Shown here piece after piece: positions 1 through 14,099 of a DNA stretch of 64,000 bases. Positions within the stretch are counted from its first letter, which is position 1. Every line of letters begins with the position of its first letter. Under the pieces are notes generated by a model that was given only the letters and a program-made list of their open reading frames with translations, was not told the DNA's origin and did no database searches. Origin of the DNA: Camelus dromedarius. Lineage: Eukaryota. The DNA is taken from the NCBI RefSeq assembly GCF_036321535.1, contig NC_087436.1:36892001-36956000 (forward strand). Direction: 5' to 3'. The position numbers and the translations under genes were made by a program.

Positions 1-2164
1 CTACAGGCTATAAGCCATAAGATAAAGCCCTATGGTCATCTGCCCATAAATGAACCATTTAGCTCTGGAGTAATCAATGAGAAGCCCCATCTTCATCTTC
101 AAAAAGAGTGTGGCCAACAGTCACATATAGCTTAGCACTGAATTGATTTGAAAAAAAAAGTGTTATCCTATAGGCTGGCACTGGCTGAGAGAGCTGAGTA
201 AATCGCACTATCAGCCTTTTGTGTTAGTCACATAGTCCATAGAGCCCTTGGGCTAATTCTAGCTATTTGTGCCAGGCTGTCTGTCTTCCTGCCTCGGCCA
301 GGGAAGCTCTAGGTCAGCAATATCCAGACCTCAGCTTCCAAATGGCTTATGGCTCTTGTAATTACCAAGAGACTCCCAAACTTCTGGTTGTTGAACTGGA
401 ATATCCGTGAGACTATTTAAGAGACTGTGGCCTTTCCAGTTAATGGTGATTGCAGCTGTGAGGCTCCAGGATCCCAGGACTGCAGATACTACTGGCCTGG
501 GTATTAAGTATGAGACACTAGAAGTCATGTGGTGACCTCTGGGGAAGGACCCAAAATAACCAAGGCCAAGCTGAGATGTTACAAGGAAAACTGAACCTGA
601 ATAAGCACCCATGATATACAGCAAGAAAAACAGGGATTGCTTGTGTCTACAGTCTATGTTTAGCAAAATGTGCTCCTTTGAAAGCTGGAATGTGTGGCTG
701 TTATTTATAGAAAGCACTGTAAGCATGTCCAAGCCCCTTCTGTGGTATAAAAAAGCAAACTATGGTGAGCCACAGAGAGGAATTTATTGTCAATGCTGAT
801 AAACCGAAACCCCAGTGATGAGGGTGTGATTACACAACTCACTGGGGTTACTTCCCCATCAGTCATGTGTTCCCGTGTTCCAGGAGGATCAGGGCAGCTA
901 TGAGAATAGAGACGGAGGAGGGAAGCATGGATAATCAACAAGAAATGTTTTTAAAGTTAAAATAAGTGTTCAGTCTCCTGGTGTCCCTACTTGACAAGAG
1001 AAGGGATACAATAAGGTTGTCATCAATCCTCATGCTGTTGAGTAGAGTGGACCAACAAACAACTATAAGGAAGAAATGAGCTAGAAAAGAAAGAAGAACG
1101 TGTAATTTAAGGCATTTGCTATCACTTTCCTTTTGACATATTATCAAGGAAATCATTACCTTTCTTATTGGATAAGGTGTTCATTTAGTTTAACAAGCAC
1201 TTACCGGGCATTTATGTGCTTAAATTTTACAGGGAAAAATGTTACTTCTGTCATTATCTATTCTGTGTTTCAGAAGAATGCCTCTTTCTTTCAAAGGAGT
1301 TCAATGTCCCAGGCAGGTTGCTTTGCTTTTGGTAGGGCCACTGCTGGCCTTTTTGGTGCTATTGAGTAAGTGCTGGCAGCCTCATGAGCACACGGCTCAG
1401 GGTAAAAAGTGTGGGCTGGATTTTGGCTCCCATTTGTGCTCCAAGTCAGGTGTCATTGGGCAGTGCACAAACTATACACCTGTACTTGGCAGCCTAGCTT
1501 CATGTAACAAGTATGTTTTTTATTAAGTTGTGTGTGAATTGAAATATGTGTGGACTCACTATGATCTCTGGTTTCCCCATAAAAGGAGATTTGGTAAATT
1601 GTCAGGGCAGTGTTTTATACCCTGAAGCCAAATCTTTGCAGATGTATTGTTTGTAAGGTAAAGAAGTATCTCATAATTTACCCATTATACAAATCAATAA
1701 TTAATAGTAATATTATAGTAATTATTTAATTATTATTACAGAATAATTTAATGATGAATTAAATTAAATTCAGCTCACTTCCTCATGTCCAGGGTGGCAA
1801 AAAACCTTAATTTATGTGCCCCCAAATTCTTCAGAATAAAAGCTTTATTACCAGCTATCTCTGCAGAAATATGTGATACTATAAAAACTTATTTCTCACT
1901 GCCTAATGGTCAGGAAAGCCTCCTTGCAATATAAAAGTCTTGACAGTCGGGAGAGAATATAAAAGAACAAGAGTGCTATTGGTGAGCTTCCAAAAATTTG
2001 TTTTTCTGCTCCGTCAGTCCTTACAACTACCATCTCTTCCAGGGCTGCAGAGTCTAAGTTTAGAGATAAGGAAGCATATGCAGCGACAGAAGACAGAATG
2101 TATTCTCCCCTTTCTCTCAGTATAAGCATGAACTTACTGTGTCAGAATTTTTATAAACCCACCA

Positions 2165-2650
2165 CTTTGGTCAGAACTATTTTGGTGGGAAGCGACTAAA
2201 TCCCACTAGTTGGCAAGGGGATGTGAAGGCAAGAATGGAAACGGTACCTGAGAACAGCTTGATACTAGAGCTCAAACTCTGCCATTCTTACTATCTCTCC
2301 TTCGCTCCTCGTGGTTTCTCTCTCGCGATTCACGCGGTTTCTGACTACGGATCAACTTTAAATTCCCAGACCTAACGTAGAAACACCAGCTGCACTTACG
2401 CCAAACATCTCCTCGCTTCACCACCAGAAGGAGACTGAGACTATGGTCCCAGTTGAAAGATCAGAGGGGAGGACTCTGATTGGCTCGGCCTGTGTTGCTG
2501 GGCTCAAATCTGTTCCAATCAGCTCTAAGCAGGGCCACCGGGGCCAATCAGAGGAGGCACGAGAGTGGGATCTGTAGGGAAAAGGCAGCTCCTATTTGCA
2601 TATGGTGGGAGTAGAGGAAGGGGCGTTTCCCAGGAGAAAGTTGTGCCGTT
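2165..2650 (-). mobile_element. MLT1J/K-like MaLR LTR
   Basis: GAGGACTCTGATTGGCTC...CCAATCAGCT core typical of MLT1J/K. Confidence 0.55.
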
Positions 2651-5600
2651 CTGGGCAAACAGTGGCCACTGAGCCCGTTGTTAGATCAACGGGTTAGCGC
2701 TGAGCTAACAGGCTCCTTCATACCTGTTTGTTCAACACGAATTTATTGAACTCCTCTTTAAGTTCCAGGTAGGAAGCTTGGAGTTGGAAGACAAAGCTAA
2801 CGGGTATCTTCCAGAACCCCATCCAATTAATGGCATTTAGAGGAAGGACGCTCAATGATCAAGAACATGGTCTCTGAGTTGACAAAGATAAGCTCAAATC
2901 TCAGCTTTACCATTTACTTTGGGTGTCATCTTGGGCAAGTTTTTTAACTTCCCTCAGTCTCAATTCTCGTTACTACTCAAAGCGCTTTACCAAAGACCGT
3001 GGCGTAAAGTAAGCCCTCAATAAGTGACAGCTATTATTATTTTAAAAATATATTGAGAAGGTCGTATTGTCTCCATTGTGTTAATAAAATGGAAGACTGC
3101 CTTCATGAAGACAAATAGAATTTGTATAAAAATCCATATTGTTTTCTTTGGTGGGGGGCCATTAAGCACCCTGACCAGAACAATCCCCATTCTGGCGCAG
3201 AACACAAAGAATCCCTGTGCAAACTAGACATTACCTCAGAATAATTTCTCATTATAGTGGCACCTGATCCTAAATTCCCTGTGTGTCTGGATTTTGTGCC
3301 TTTTCCCTACCCCTTCTCTAATATCTGTTGCCTCTCAGTCTGTGTTGTGACACTCCAGGTTCCTGACATCCCTGTTGTTTCTGATTTTCTCCGCTTTCAC
3401 CTTGGTAGCAGGTGTTCCTGACTCTCCAGACAACTGAGGTCTACATACTTTCATATGGTTGCTGGGGTAACTCCTACTGTGTAGAGAATCAGGAACACAG
3501 GTGGATATCAGCATAACAGAGGAGCAAGCAAAAAACAGGGAGAGGAGTGGGTGTATGTACTGAAGAAGAGAGGGACAGAGAGTAAGTGGGCCACCAAAGC
3601 CCTTGTAAGAAGAGAAAGACCCATCCCAAGGATCAGCCAGTAGCCAAATTCCAGTGGAGGGTTGTGGTAAGGCAGTCTAAGGGCTGGCTCCACAGCAAGG
3701 AAAATGAAGACACACTGCAAAAAACACATGCAAGTAAAAGGATTATCAGGGGGCCACTAAGTTGCCAGAAGGCAGAACAATCTGCCTTGGAAATGCGCAG
3801 GCGCCAGGGCAGCTCTGGAAGAACAAGAAGGAAGGACCCTAGCAAGATCTCCTAACAGATCAGGGTGCCACCGATGAAATGCATAAAACCCCTGTTCCTT
3901 TGTTGTGTCCCTCCAGAGTTAGAGATCATCTGATTGAAGGAGCACAGCCCTTGCTGTCCTGGGGCTTTGAGAGGAAGGATCAGGTCCCTTCAGCTCCTGT
4001 GGAGGGAAGTCCCTGGATTCACCATCCACCAGCGTCATATTCAGCGGGAGAGAGGTTAATTCCCCAAAAGGAAACCAGGATGCTACTCGGAAAGGGGAGT
4101 AGATCCCAGGCAAATATCCTCCACACATTCCTGAAACCTGACATTTTGTATCTCAATATGGAAAAATGATTCGCTTTGATTGAAGGAAAATAAATGTCTC
4201 CATGATTCCATCATTCAGGGATTTTAGAATTTCTTCCCCTCAGAAGCCATTTTTTTACTTGTAAATCTTAAGCAGAAATGCAAATGTAAAACATAAAAAG
4301 CAAAACTACTAGGGTAGGAGGGGGAAAAAAAAGCATCCTTTACACACAGCCCCAATTCTGGCAGCCCTGAGCTACTACCATGGAAAACCTGTGGCTTTGA
4401 GAAACAGTTTGAAAACCTGTGTGGAAAATCTTTAATGGTAGCTATATTAAAAAAAAAAAACAAAAAACAACTTCAACCACATATTAAAAGGCAATTCTCA
4501 CATTAGAAGAGGAAAATATATGAACCAGTGTATTTATATCCTAGTTCTTGTCTTTCCTTCCTGGCAACCAGAGGTTAAATTATGGCTGCTAAGAAATTAA
4601 AATGCAATGGTGATAGACTGCCCATAAAAATGTTTCTTTGCTTTTTAGAGTTTTGTCTCATGATGCTGTGTCATTTCGAGCTATTTCTTGAAAGGCTAGA
4701 AAATTTACTCTTCATCATTAACATGCTGCACTCAGGACTTGAAAAGGATGAGACTGAATGCTGTGTGATTGTTAGAAACACTGGTACAGCCAGCAGACAC
4801 TGATCTCTATACAAGGGGTTTCAATGGAGAAGAAACTAAAGCCTGGAGGGCATGAACTGTACAATTGCAGAGTATTCTCTCCAGCTCAAAACGAAAGTGC
4901 ACTGACTGGACAGAAAAGCAAATTGCTAGCACCAAGCCCGGGAACAGGGGGAGTCAGAGGTACCTGCACTATTGAACTGGTACATTGCAACAGCATCGAA
5001 ATTTACAGGCACCTTTTTATTTTCCGGTTTAAAATGTTTTCCAGCATCTTCAAATAGCAGCTTGTATAAAACTTGTGAATGTGTTCTTGGTTCCAGTTCT
5101 TAATCCTTACCCTTAAAACAGTTATTCCCAAACCCCTTTCCTGAATTGCAAAGTAAGTCATGGCTACCTGAAATGATAAACTTTAGCAGCTTTTTCTTCC
5201 ATCACCATTAGAAAAAGAGAGAGGAAAAAAAGATGGATGTAACTGTTTAACATTTAGGGTCAGAAAGAGGAAATTCAGGAACATAAAGAAATATTTACAA
5301 TTATTATTTTGTTGTTAGTATTATTGAAAAAGTAGACTCATAAAATCCAGCACACATGGTACTAAACCTGCTGACTTTCTTTTAAATGAGAAGCTAAATA
5401 TGGGCCAAGAAAATCAGTGGTGTGGGGACTTTCAAAGAGATCTCACATACTAATTCTTCCTTTCACAATTTGGGATATTGTTCAGTGTGCTTTTATGGGA
5501 GAGGGTGAGGAAATGCTAACAGTAATTAGCCCGTGGGGAAAAAGGCAAATTAAATGTATTTCTGAGCAACTCATTTATATATAGGAATTAATTTTATCCT

Positions 5601-5779
5601 CAGAGAATTCATTGTTGTGCCTATGAGCCAGAATTACTGGGGTTGAATTCTTATATTTAAACCAAGCTAGAATCAATCATACAATGATATTTATAGAACA
5701 TCTGTAAGCCTCCTATGACTTCTGACTTTTCATTCCTGGTGTACCACATATATAGACTGCTGATAATTGTTTTAGGGGC

Positions 5780-5811
<32 letters not shown>

Positions 5812-5830
5812 AATGATAATGATAATAATG

Positions 5831-5868
<38 letters not shown>
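5780..5868. repeat. Compound microsatellite (ATG)n grading into (ATA)n
   Basis: Seen directly; ~89 bp. Confidence 0.95.
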
Positions 5869-5869
<1 letters not shown>

Positions 5870-6169
5870 TCTTCTACAGCTGGTAATTTATAATCTAGCT
5901 GGGCAAGTAGCACATGAAAAGCCAAAAAATAAAGTAAAGCAGTACTTATTTAAGGTCCAAATAGGACAATAGTCCCCTAGGAGTTAGGGGAATAGATAGG
6001 TCACCATGAGCTGTAGTGGTCATCAGAAAGTGTGTGGATTGGGTAGGACCCTCAGGTGGATTTTCACACATTGGTAGGATTTTGATTAGAAAAATATAGG
6101 GAAGAAAGTGCTCATTTTAGGTAAGAGAATTCGTATGCACAGTACTGAGGAAGGCAGGCTGGTAAATAG

Positions 6170-6565
6170 CACTATTCATTGCCATAGCAAACAACCTCCA
6201 ATCTCAGAGGCTTTAACACAATAAACCTTAATTATTCATTTACATCCCAATTTAATGTGATGGGGGTGGCGGGGGGTGGGGGAGAATAAAGGATTCATCT
6301 CCATCCAACCATTTAGAGCCCTTAGCTGATCCATCTTTTGATGTCATCATCTTCCATGTGTAATTCCCAAGGTTGCCACAGAAGAAGAGTAAACAGAGGA
6401 CGGGATGGAAGATTTTTATGGGCCAAGGCTCGCTGAGGTGTAAATCACTCTGCTCACATTCCATTGTCCAGAAAACAGACAGATGGCTGCAAGGAGCTGG
6501 GAAATGTAGTTTATCTGTGTACTCAAGACAAACTTCTGTTATTGAACCAGACACTGCTTCTGCTG
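6170..6565 (-). mobile_element. MLT1-type MaLR LTR (old subfamily)
   Basis: CAAACAACCTCCAATCTCAGAGGCTT...CTGCTCACATTCCATTG...GCAAGGAGCTGGGAAATGTAGT. Confidence 0.7.
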
Positions 6566-6949
6566 CAGGAGGTCACGTGAAGGACGTAAGAAGAGCATAT
6601 CATGGTGGCAAACTTGAATGGCTATTTCTGGTCATGTCCTTAGTCCCATTTCCTCCTCTTAATATTACCCCAATTTTTGGTACCCTATAGTTTCCCTTAC
6701 TTCAAGGGTATTGACACTAACTTGAAGGACAGCTGGAGAAGAGAAGACAAGTTCAGACCAGATATCAAAGAAAGTAAACTGGAAGCTATTGTTGGCTTCT
6801 TTGTAGAGAACTGACCTGGTAAAAATTTGGCTAGCTGACAATGGTAGGAAGATATTGAAAAGATGGGAGAGACCTGAAAAATATTATCTTTGTAATCTTT
6901 TTAACCATATTTTTCTTATTTGTCTTTTTTCTCCCTACAATCTCTTACT

Positions 6950-7330
6950 ATTACTAGACCAGGAGATCCTGGATTTTTGTCCTAGGAAATAAGATGGAAA
7001 ATACCACCCAGGGAAGGTGAAAAAGCAGGTGATATTTATGTATTATCCAGTTTAATGGTGTGTTGCCTAGTTGGTCTCCACTGTGGGCAACTGGGGCTTG
7101 ATGCCAATGGCACAACCTGTGGAATTGTGTAGAAAGAGCCTCAGATCTATCTACCCAAGGGATGGCAGAGAGGGGAATTTTGTTACCCTGTCCCCAGGCA
7201 AACACACTCTCAGGTCACAAGTGTGAGTCCCAGAGGTCCCACAGGCATCCCACCTTGAGGCATCTGAGAAGCCCCACAACATTCAGTGAGAGATGCTTAG
7301 AGCATCTTGTGCCCAGTGATACAAAGTAAA
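6950..7330 (-). mobile_element. LTR16-like ERVL LTR fragment
   Basis: CACTGTGGGCAACTGGGGCT...TGTGTAGAA...GCCTCAGA resembles the recalled LTR16 consensus. Confidence 0.45.
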
Positions 7331-8359
7331 CTTGTTTGGAACTAGGTGGCCCAGTAAAGGCTGGACCAGTGATGTGGGCTGGGATGACGGGAGGTTTCTG
7401 AAGCAGGTGCAGTGGTCCAGTCCCAGGGTGGTGAGGGCACAGGCTAGAGTCCTGAAGGCTGATGACAGGGAAGAGACATCAGGTGCCCTGCCCTTTCATC
7501 ATCAGGTCTCCTCCATCCTTTTAAAAAGAGCAATAATCCTTGCCTTCATAAGAAAGCATGATTTTACTTGTCGGCTTTAGTACAATACACTACTTAAGGA
7601 AGCCTTTTCCTTAAAAAAAAAACTACCAGTTTCCCTTTAAAAAAATCCCACTGGTAAAGAAGTCCAGGCCAATTTGGGAGTCATGCCCCCTCAGTGTCAT
7701 TACTTAGTCTACTATAAATTATGGCTTCGTAGAGGGTGAGTCACTGAATAATGTATCTCTCTTATTTTTCCTTTAGAATTGCCATTACACAGAGAAAGCA
7801 GCTAAAATAGTTGTCTCGCTCTGACCGCCTCTACCCTGCCCACTATAAATGAAATGCTTTTGGCTTATACCCACAGTCAGACAAATGTCTTTACCAGATA
7901 ATGGTCTCCGGGCACTGGGTTTCTTCCTTTAGAGAGTTTCTCATACTAAAACATTCTATTTTCTATGCTCCTTCACCCCTGCTGGTTTTCACAGGTCAGC
8001 ATTTTTGACATTGCCCTGAAGTTGACAGCAGCAGCCAGTAATGTCACAATTAATAGAGTCAAAACTTTACTGCACGTTCCAAGATAAGGAGATTTGACAT
8101 GAAAATGAGGATAAAGAAATGTCTTGTTGGGATTTTTCTGTTAATCACTGCCCTCTCTTACATTTTTCTAAGCATAAGCATCCATTTATCTCATGTCACC
8201 TCTTTTCAATGATTACAACTTCAGGTATTCTGATTGAAAAAAAATTCCATGCTGAGTACATGAGACAGAAAATTACAAGCAAGCTGTGCTTCTATAATAC
8301 ATTGCTAATGCAATCATTTTTAAAAACCACTAATGTGAGAATCTTTTAAGTCAGTGTCA

Positions 8360-9070
8360 ATACATTTATTCACTCAATGCTGATTAAGGAGCTGTTATGT
8401 ACTAGGTTCAGAGATTCAAATGTGAGGAAATCTCTACCCTCAGGGAGTTCACAGTCTAGTGGGGGAGACAGAAAAGTAAATAATGATACTGCTTGTGGGA
8501 AATGCTGTAAGAGGCACACACATAATGTGTTAGTGGGTGGGGTGAGTTCCTCTGAGTGTGTGGGGTGCAATAACAGGATGGGGGAAGATTGGGAAGAAGG
8601 CTGTGGAGAAGAGGCTGCTCTTGCACTGAGTCTTGAGGGCTGGGTGAAAAATCATCAGAAGAAAGTGGAAGGGCAAGTGCAAAGGTATGGCTTTGACTGT
8701 GGCTTATTTGAAGAGCAAGACAGAGTCAAGTTGGACTGTCAGGTGCAACTGGAGAAGCTCTAACAGGGAAAAGCTGATTGTGAAGGGGTCTGCTGAGCTT
8801 CGACTTTACACTTTGCCCAGCCATCAGGGAGGCAATCTGGGGATTTAAGCTGGAGAGTGACATGATCACACTTGTATTTTAGAAAAACAAAAATCTCTGT
8901 TGTGGGAATTGGATTGATGGGTTGGTGCAACACCCAGTCAAGAGGCCACGAGTGCCTGCAGGAAGGCAGAGGTGATGGCGTGGAAGAAAGGGTGTATCTG
9001 AGAAATATCCAGGGTGTAAAACTGACTAGTTCCACAACAAACAGAGGAGAGGATGGTGTGAGGGAGAGGA
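8360..9070 (-). mobile_element. L2 LINE fragment
   Basis: CCCTCAGGGAGTTCACAGTCTAGTGGGGGAGACAG and GAGTGACATGATCA.ACTTGTATTTTAGAAA motifs. Confidence 0.65.
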
Positions 9071-9819
9071 TAGGGTTTGGGTTGACTGTGTTTGCTCTGC
9101 TCTCTCTCCTTGCTGGCACCAATGCTCCTTGCTACAATTGCTGCCTGCCAATAACTCTCGCCACATAAGTGACAGGGTAAAAGTGGCGTCTCAGTTGAAT
9201 TTGCTGGTTATAGTCTTATCTTCTGGCGTTTGACCTGTGATGTAGAAGATGAGCTGTTTTTAAATATCTGGGGGACAGTCATGTTTGCACTTGAACTTTA
9301 AAATAACTAAAACTGATGTAAACCTTTACAGTTTACAAAGCAGTTTGCCATTTGTCATCTCACTGAAGACTCACGTCAATGGTGGGTGAAGCTATGACCA
9401 TTCCCATATTGCTGATGGGCAGTTGCGAGTGAGGGAAGTTAACCGACTTGCCCAAACCCACACAGCTTCTGAGGAGCTGACCCAGGAATCTCACAATAAC
9501 TTTCTCCATAACTTTATGGTACCCCACATTAGCTGAGCCTTTTGGTTTTTAGTTTGGACTGTCAATATACTGCTTTTTATTTCTATTTTATTACTTTTTA
9601 ATCCAGCTTGATTATAATTCTCACACATACTAACTAGATAATCAATAACTGTTACTGATAACAGTAATTTCTTTTAAAACTGAAAAGAGCTAGGAATTTG
9701 GAGCAGCATGTAAAAGCAGCCCTTAATTATTTATACTAAAGGAAAGGAGTGTGGGTCTAAGAGTGCCAACCAGTCCAACCAGTACTATGGGGCTGATGGG
9801 GACCCTGGAAAGGTAGTGT

Positions 9820-10060
9820 AAATTACTGGTTAAAAATATGGGCTTTTGTGTCTTGCAGTTCTCTGTTCTCTGTTTAGTTTCAGTATTTATGACCTTGGGC
9901 AAGTTACTTAACATTTCAATGCCTCAATTTCTTCATCTCAAAGAGGAAAAGTGATTTGATTAAAACCATATAGAATTGTGGGGGGAATGAACAAACAAAA
10001 GAGCAAGACATGTAAGCTCTTATTCCAAGATCTATTCTCAATACATGTGTAATTATTAGT
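9820..10060 (+). mobile_element. MIR SINE
   Basis: Core TGACCTTGGGCAAGTTACTTAAC....TGCCTCA.TTTC.TCATCT. Confidence 0.75.
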
Positions 10061-12794
10061 ATCTTAGTAACCTAGATGTCAACTGAAGCCACCGTCCCAT
10101 TTCCTCCCCAGAATTTCTGTGCCAACCTTGGGCTCTATTTGTGACTCTGAATTCCTGCTCCACAGAGCTCTCAGTCTCACTGGTGTCTTGTCTCCATTTC
10201 TTTGATTCACACAACCTTAGACGTGGAACTCAGGCTGTTTTTCATTGAATTCCACTCACACCCTTCCCCTCAAAAAAACTGATGCATTTTGATGTACAGC
10301 CCATTTTCACTAATGGTTCCAAGGAATGGGAAAAAGGCGACATCACAGGTTTCTAGGACAGACAACTGAAAACATAATGTTAGACTTTCTTTGTTTCACT
10401 GTCTCTCACTCCCCACCAGGTTGCCTAGCTGTGGCTCTGCCTCCCTCTTTGGTTGCCACAAACAACTAAAACAGCAACAATAACAATGGGTTTTCCTACT
10501 GTTGATGGGGTGGGAGCCAACTCTGCAGCTCTAACTTCTATCCCCCAACTCAGTACCAAGCCCATCTTGACTGGCCAAAGACTGTGACTGATGGGTCCCT
10601 GCTTCAGGTCTCACTGCCCCCTTCCCTCCTCCACGGTCTCTGTGAGGAGAAAAGAGCCACATAGAGATTTATTGTGAATGATTTTTCTTTTTATAGAGTT
10701 ATGATTTTCATAACTAATGAAATGAGTTACGCCACCTCTTCCTTATAAGAGAGAACAGGCCACAGTCAGTTTTAGCTTCAGTTATATATTTTTCTCTTGG
10801 TAACATACTATTATTGTACATTCTAGTGATGGATACAGCCTGCTTAATAAGATATTAAAAGATAGTAATGAGTGGATTGGGCTTTTTTTAGATATATTTT
10901 TGTTGGATGGAGACCTTCACTCCGAAGACCTACCATCTGCACTGACTGTAACATTGCACAACTCCTCAGGTGATAACTTAAAAAGGAGTTGGGTTTGCAT
11001 GAGATGCAAGAAAACTCCTTGCAAAGCAATGCCATAATTTGACTCAGATAAACCACCTCTTAAATAGCTAATTTTTCTTCAGCCTTTGGAATAACAAGGT
11101 GTCTTAGAATTACATAGTACCTATAAATTATTGCAATGTTTTCGAGTTACCTCTATTCGAAATAAAGGATGTCTTGTTATTCTGGGACAAGGAATTAATG
11201 TCTTTGTCTTTGTGCCAATGAAAATGAGGCAATCTCAGACTCATGCAGATCTAGAGGCCTGGCTCTTAAAAAGGTGAATCCCTGAACTCACAATAAATAA
11301 AAAGCTCCGTCTGAAATTTGAAGTATGCCTTTCACTTCATAGGGACTCTTTCTGGAATATTTCCAGTAACGCTGCTCTTTCAGTATCTTGTGACTGGAAG
11401 ATTTTAGTCCAAGCTTTTTGAAAGAAAGGATGATACTCCTTGTTACTTTCCAACACATGAAGTCAACTCCTTAACTAAACTGTCTCTTCTGACAAGCAGT
11501 CAGAGATGTTGGTATGAACCCAATCAAATTATGTGACTTTACGTCCGGGCTTTTTAATTGCCACTTGGATGGAGCATAATAGATAGTTTCACTGAAGAAT
11601 CTTACTTTGTTATCTCTAATCTGTCATCATTTTGATTTGGTCATATACATAATGTCTCTGGGTTTCAATTTCATTCCTTTTTCAATTTACATCAGATTAG
11701 ACATGTGTGAATTCACAAATTCCCTTCAATTTAGAAATAGAATGAGTTTTTGGAATGATAAGACAAAAGACTAAAATCTTAATTCTCAAAATTTAACTGG
11801 TATGTTAAGAAAAAAGTCTTAACTTCAAGATAAATTAGTGTTCGATTCAGAATTCTTTGTTTTGACTTCTGAGTAACATTTGCCTTTCCTGTAATACTTG
11901 CCATTAATAGACTAAAATTTCAACGCTTATTTGTTGCACAATAGTAACACAGGCAACTTGGTTTTGATTGCCTGGAATCCTTTCCAGTCTTCTTAGACAA
12001 AACCCACGTTCTCCTTCAGAAACTACCCCCCCCCCCCCCCGCTCTCAGTCTAGGTGGCTGGGGTAGGCAAACTCCTCCTCGCACCAGGACAGGGTGTGTG
12101 AGGAGACCCGCCCAGTCAGAGCACTGTATCCCTCAAGGATCTGCAGAGCCAAGAGATGGAGAAAGAGCCTTAACTGTGTGAACCTGGATCCAGCTGGGCC
12201 AGAATTCAGTCCTCCTTGACTATGCAAGCTTACGTCAGCTTGATTTAGGTTTCTTATTATTTACAACAGACAAAGTCCTGACTACAACAAACAGCTTCAG
12301 ATCCTATTTGGTGACATCTCAAGAAAGACTTTCCTTTAGTTTATCTCTGTTTTACTAGTAAGTAAGCTATTGAAGCTAGATAAGTCACTTAACAGTGGTA
12401 ATTTTAAAGGTGACACAAAAAAGCACATTCGAGGATTTATTGTTTCTGCTTCTGGAATGGTAGGTAGCTTTTACTCATGTTACCCTCAGGAAATCTTACA
12501 TATAAATCAAAGTTTCTCTTATCAAAGCCATTTCTGAAACCTGGGCTTGTATTTCATTTGTGTTTTGCTGCTTTGCTTCCTGTTTCTAGACTTTCTATGT
12601 ATGTGCCTCAACATCTCACGAGAAAGAGAAACTGGCCAATATGAGCTAGGTCTCTTCGGTGGGGAAGCAGTATTTTCAAGAAGCCTTGTCCTTCAGTGTT
12701 GCACCACAATTTATTTTGTCTATTTTTTTCTGTTCCTATTTTTATGTAAGAATTTACTTTTATGTAAGAATGTCTCTGACTACTAAGATATACA

Positions 12795-13280
12795 AATTGA
12801 ATTCCTTTTAGCTATTAGAGGAAAACCCCAACCCAAATGGCTTAATTAAAAAAAAAAATTATTTCACAAACTGCAAAGCCTAAGCAGGAAAGGCTTCATG
12901 GCTAGTTAATTCAATAACCAATCAATGAGTTCCTTCTCTCTTTTCACTTTGCCACCTTTCAGTAAAGCTTTCTTCATTTAGCAAGATGGTTACAGCATTG
13001 CACAGATGAACAGTATTGCACAGATGATACTGTCTGGAAAAGAGCTGCTTCTTCTGCTGTGTCTCTTCTCATCAAAGATGAAATCAGACCTCATTGGCCA
13101 GAACTATAACATATGTTCATGCCTCGACCAGTTGCTGGCAAAGGAAATGGAAATCTACTATTGGCTTAATCCGCTCTCCCGGATTTGAGGATGGGACCAG
13201 GCTCCCTTAAAAGGATGGCCAAGTGAAAGTAAAGGAATGTCCGAGGATGGCAGTTGGGAAGTAAGCAGAGTTCTGCCCCA
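12795..13280 (-). mobile_element. MLT1I/J-like MaLR LTR
   Basis: GAAAACCCCAACCCAAATGGCTTAA...CTCATTGGCCAGAACT...TGGCAAAGGAAATGGAA...ATTGGCTTA. Confidence 0.65.
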
Positions 13281-13284
13281 GGTC

Positions 13285-13422
13285 AGCGTCATGAGAGCAC
13301 ATCCTTGACAGCTGCACAGAGACCAGCCCTAGAAGGGCCCGGTTCCTCGTTTAATGCTCAGCTGTCCTGAAGTTCTTAATACATTTTGAACAAGAGGCCC
13401 TGAAAATTACATAGCCCATCTT
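13285..13422. mobile_element. MER91-like hAT-Tip100 fragment
   Basis: AGAAGGGCCC...GTTTAATGCTC.GCTGTC...TTCTTAATA..TTTTGAACAAG.GGCCC. Confidence 0.55.
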
Positions 13423-14099
13423 AGCTGTGGCAAATCAAATCACTAAGCCAGTGGCTTGGCAGAGTTCTCTGTCATCTTTTTCTTTTCCATCTCTCCTTGG
13501 AGGAATGCAAAATAAAATTCTGCTGTGCAGAGGTGAAGCCAAACCAGGCAAAAGAAGGTGGAAGACAGTCACCACAAATGTAAGGAGGAAGCTGTCAGTA
13601 GAGATGCGAGCAGTTGGAAGGAGTAAAGAAAGGATGGAAGATGGAAAGTCGGAAGCAGGAAAAAACTTAGAAGAAGGTCAACCTCAGGGATGAGCCGGAA
13701 CAGGTCAACTCAGCTCATTCTCAGGGGCTTATTACCAAAGCAGGGTGTGTTCTACAGGAATCGGCCAGGGCAAATGTTGTGATTAACTTTACAGCTGTTT
13801 AATGATCCTCATATTTGTTTATGTTTGTTTTTGTTTTTTAATCTCTCTTTCTTTTACTGTTTGCTTCCTTTTTCTTGCTTTTCCTTTTTTCTGCTGTCTC
13901 TCTGGTTTTCCTGTTAGGGGGCTGCTTCCTTCACGTCAGTTATAATCTCTTTCCCCTTTTCAAGAATAGTATCTACTGTTAGGTAAAAAGGGGCCACCTC
14001 ACCCACATGTGCAAAGGCCTGGTGAGAACATGGGGCTTGAGCAGAACTATAGAATAAAACCCTCAGACCCAGCGCAGGCATGCAGCACATGTATCAATG

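Noticed and set aside
1..930. Possible processed pseudogene or retroelement coding remnant
   Set aside because: No frame gave a peptide I could recognise; a translated database search would be needed.
5713..5925. Poly-Ile ORF (and the His-Thr/Ile-Tyr ORF at 14707-15180)
   Set aside because: Translations of microsatellites.
12740..13030. Short local direct duplications (TTTTATGTAAGAAT x2; ATTGCACAGATGA x2; similar ones near 35690, 49595, 51527, 57440 and 58670)
   Set aside because: Common slippage duplications with no motif or structural consequence evident.
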